From Gammaproteobacteria bacterium (GTDB taxonomy: Bacteria; Pseudomonadota; Gammaproteobacteria; JBCCGL01), in NCBI GenBank assembly GCA_965277715.1, contig OZ255836.1, positions 2,656,001-2,720,000 on the forward strand: a stretch of 64,000 nucleotides of DNA. The letters are read 5' to 3'. The notes beneath the pieces were generated by a model. The model ran no database searches. It was not told where the DNA came from and saw only the letters and a program-made list of their open reading frames with translations. Below are positions 61,329-64,000 of this stretch, one piece after another (position 1 is the stretch's first letter; each line of letters starts with the position of its first letter). The position numbers and the translations under genes were made by a program.

Positions 61329-61507
61329 GGGCAATTGTTTGTCCTACATGTTTGTGATTTTGGTTCTTCCTCGGTTTGTGTGAGGTTATAGTATTTTATA
61401 CCCCTTTGCTATTTTGAGAGAACCCGGTGTTATCAAGCCTTGAGTAACACTACAGCCAGCTTCTAAGATATCCTCAATAGACGGTGTACTAATTTAGGAT
61501 TACCACT

Positions 61508-62896
61508 ATGCAGACACCTTTTTTTGCTGCCTTTTTTGCGGATATAGCCGCTGCTTTTTCAACGCCTACTCCCTTGCTGGTGGATACCACAGGCCGTGTT
61601 GCCTTTGAAGACTGTGGTGCGCTGGCCTCCTGGTACCCGGTCAATCAATTGGCCAGTGAGTCTGTCGGTGTGGCGGGGTTGGCACTGGCCCATTGGATGG
61701 CGACAGAGGGAGGTGCAATACCGGCGGTATGCGTTAATCGCCGTTTGGCATCACTGTGGTTCAGGTCTTCTGTGCAGGCAGTGGGCTGGCGGGTTCCGCC
61801 GATGTGGGGGGCGCTGTCTGGCGACTACCAAACCCGCGACGGGTGGATTCGTTTACATACCAATGCCCCTTTGCATCACGCGGCGGCGGTTGCTGTGCTT
61901 GGCGATGCCAAAGATGCTGATAAGGCGATGCAGTTGGTTTCGACCTGGTATGGCCAGGACCTTGAAGAGGCCATCGTTGCCGCCGGGGGGTGCGCGGCTG
62001 TTATGCACAGTACTGAATCCTGGTTGGCGCATGCACAAGGTAAGGCAATCGGTAGTCAGGCGCTGGTAGCGTGGGAGGCCAGCGGGGAAGTCAAGCCAGT
62101 GAAGTCTACTGTAAACCCGGCACGGCCTTTGCGCGGTATTCGCGTGCTGGATATGACCCGTATCCTGGCTGGCCCGGTGGCGACTCGCTTCCTGGCTGCC
62201 TGTGGTGCCGATGTATTGCGCATCGACCCGCCGGAGTGGGACGAACCAAGTATTGTCGCCGATATTACGGTGGGCAAACGGTGTGCCGGTCTCGACTTGC
62301 GCGCACCCGCCGACAGGCAGGTATTTGAGCGTTTACTGGCCACGGCGGATGTGCTGGTGCATGGCTACCGGCCCGAAGCTTTGGCGCGGCTGGGTTACAG
62401 TACTGCACAGCGCCAGGCGATCAACCCGGCGCTGATTGATGTAACACTGAATGCCTATGGCTGGGCTGGGCCGTGGGTGAACCGGCGGGGCTTTGACAGC
62501 TTAGTACAGATGAGCAGCGGGATAGCCGAATACGGTAGACGGCAAGAAGATAGCGAACGCCCCTTTCCCCTGCCAGCTCAAGCGCTGGATCACGCCACCG
62601 GCTATTTCATGGCAGCGGCGGTACTGCACGCACTGCGGGCGAGGCGGGAGGCCGGTATGGTGTATCGGGCCAGGTTATCCCTGGCGCGCACCGCGCACTT
62701 GTTATTACCGATGGGCCAATCGGTGTGCAATGCCGCCGGTGCAGCACCCGGTGATGATGACTACCGGGAGACGCTGGAACAAACCCCCTGGGGATCTGCA
62801 CGGCGGCTGCGGTTTCCACTGAGCGTGGCGGGTTTTTATCCCGGTTGGCACTATGCGGCGGGCGAGCTGCGCCGCCATGTTGCGGCGTGGCTTTAG
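61508..62896 (+). CDS. Family III CoA-transferase (CaiB/BaiF)
   Basis: LRGIRVLDMTRILAGP, GADVLRI, GKR, YRP, RRGFDSLVQ, QALDH. Confidence 0.88.
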   Translation: MQTPFFAAFFADIAAAFSTPTPLLVDTTGRVAFEDCGALASWYPVNQLASESVGVAGLALAHWMATEGGAIPAVCVNRRLASLWFRSSVQAVGWRVPPMWGALSGDYQTRDGWIRLHTNAPLHHAAAVAVLGDAKDADKAMQLVSTWYGQDLEEAIVAAGGCAAVMHSTESWLAHAQGKAIGSQALVAWEASGEVKPVKSTVNPARPLRGIRVLDMTRILAGPVATRFLAACGADVLRIDPPEWDEPSIVADITVGKRCAGLDLRAPADRQVFERLLATADVLVHGYRPEALARLGYSTAQRQAINPALIDVTLNAYGWAGPWVNRRGFDSLVQMSSGIAEYGRRQEDSERPFPLPAQALDHATGYFMAAAVLHALRARREAGMVYRARLSLARTAHLLLPMGQSVCNAAGAAPGDDDYRETLEQTPWGSARRLRFPLSVAGFYPGWHYAAGELRRHVAAWL

Positions 62897-63090
62897 GTTA
62901 TAGAGAAATTAGCCTGAATGTTTCATACACCAGCGCTTGAGTGGTTCCAGATAGTAGTAAGCACCCTCTATACAAGCACTTATAAGGTGAATAATTCACT
63001 CATGCGGAATTTAGGTTAAATTGACCGGGGTTGCAAATGCTACCCCAGCCAATGGCCTATCGAAACACTGGGCGTCCTTATCCGGTGTCT

Positions 63091-63591
63091 TTATTCGACA
63101 ATGACGATGCCTTTCATGCCCGCATCGTAGTGGCCGGGAATCAGGCAGCCAAAGGCAAATTCACCCACCTCAGAAAACTGCCAGATTATTTCGCCGGTTT
63201 CCCCCGGTTTAACGTGCGCCATAAAAGGTTCATCGTGCTCCATGGTAGGGAATTTTTTCATCAGTTCAGCGTGTTCGTTGAGTGATGCCTGAGTGCCGAG
63301 CACAAATTCGTGCAGCAGTGCGCCAGAATTGCGCAGTGAAATTTTTAGCGTATCGCCTTTTTTGACTTTGAGCCGCGATGGTGTAAAGCGCATCAGATCA
63401 CTCATGTCCATTTCGATCACGCGGCTCTCTTTCAGGGTGGGTTGGTAGTTGCCAAATTCGACGCTGACCGCCTCATAGGTATTTTTCTTGTGTGTTTCGC
63501 CGCTGTGCGCATACACAGCGGATGTGCCAAAGCCCAGGCTGCCAAACAGCAGCAGGGACAGTAATGCAGTGTTGAAAGGGGGGGATTTCAT
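63091..63591 (-). CDS. Periplasmic cupredoxin-domain protein
   Basis: Signal peptide, MRFTP, HEFVLG, CLIPGHYDAGM copper site. Start at MKSPP. Confidence 0.88.
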   Translation of the reverse strand: MKSPPFNTALLSLLLFGSLGFGTSAVYAHSGETHKKNTYEAVSVEFGNYQPTLKESRVIEMDMSDLMRFTPSRLKVKKGDTLKISLRNSGALLHEFVLGTQASLNEHAELMKKFPTMEHDEPFMAHVKPGETGEIIWQFSEVGEFAFGCLIPGHYDAGMKGIVIVE

Positions 63592-63607
63592 GGTGTTTTC
63601 CTCGTTA

Positions 63608-64000
63608 TTAAACAGAGTCGGCATCGACTTCGTAGGCAACAGTGCCAGGGGGGTGTTGATACCAGCCGGGGTCGGTGTAGTCACCGGGTTTTTGGTCTGG
63701 ACGTATTTTCAAAACGGTGAACATGCCACCCATCTCGATGGGGCCGAATTGCCCCTCGCCGGTCATCATGGGCAGGGTGTTTTGTGGCAGGGGCATAACC
63801 ATCTCGCCCATATCCGCCATGCCGCGCTCACCCATTATCATATAGCCGGGCAGGAGTTCACTAAGGCTGCGGTGTACCGGGCGTTGGTCGACGCCAATCA
63901 TATTTGGTACATCATGGCCCATGGCGTTCATGGTGTGGTGTGATTTGTGGCAGTGCATAGCCCAGTCGCCCTCAGCGTCAGCCTCTGCGGTAAATTCAAT
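63608..64000 (-). CDS. Multicopper oxidase, C-terminal part (starts beyond window)
   Basis: GDWAMHCHKSHHTMNAMGH, IEMGGMFT, DPGWY..P.GT. Confidence 0.88.
   Translation of the reverse strand: MEFTAEADAEGDWAMHCHKSHHTMNAMGHDVPNMIGVDQRPVHRSLSELLPGYMIMGERGMADMGEMVMPLPQNTLPMMTGEGQFGPIEMGGMFTVLKIRPDQKPGDYTDPGWYQHPPGTVAYEVDADSV

Noticed and set aside
61508-62896. Possible DMSP lyase DddD
   Set aside because: At 462 aa it is much shorter than DddD and no ddd neighbours are present; only a generic CaiB/BaiF call is supportable.

Overview
This is a 64-kb window from a gammaproteobacterium, probably marine and sulfur-oxidising (inferred from gene content). The backbone carries ftsY-ftsE-ftsX-rpoH, rsmD, rhlE, radA, xseB-ispA, ibpA, nnr, a Cpx-like two-component module, sat-aprB-aprA, probable organosulfonate genes (tpa, a TauE exporter, and a GMC oxidoreductase / hydrolase / Xsc-like operon), a Liv-type ABC transporter and copper-resistance genes at the right edge. 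Regulatory sites readable directly from the sequence are a perfect CIRCE upstream of rpoH, a SoxR box in a 19-bp-spacer promoter driving an uncharacterised Rieske protein, a CpxR-like box and a ROSE-like thermometer. A small MITE family with IS1380-like ends and 5-bp target duplications is scattered through the window. The most unusual part is an accessory island at about 44.3-53.15 kb. It holds two orphan M23-peptidase toxin tips, each followed by a lipoprotein-like putative immunity gene, and one tip has its zinc motifs in circularly permuted order. It also holds an XRE gene with a dif-like site, an Rhs fragment cut by a degenerate IS3, and two diverged copies of a traG-3'-end / convergent small-membrane-protein unit whose facing C-termini differ between copies. 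No rRNA, tRNA or CRISPR array was recognised. All family assignments come from motif recognition by eye; no database searches were run.
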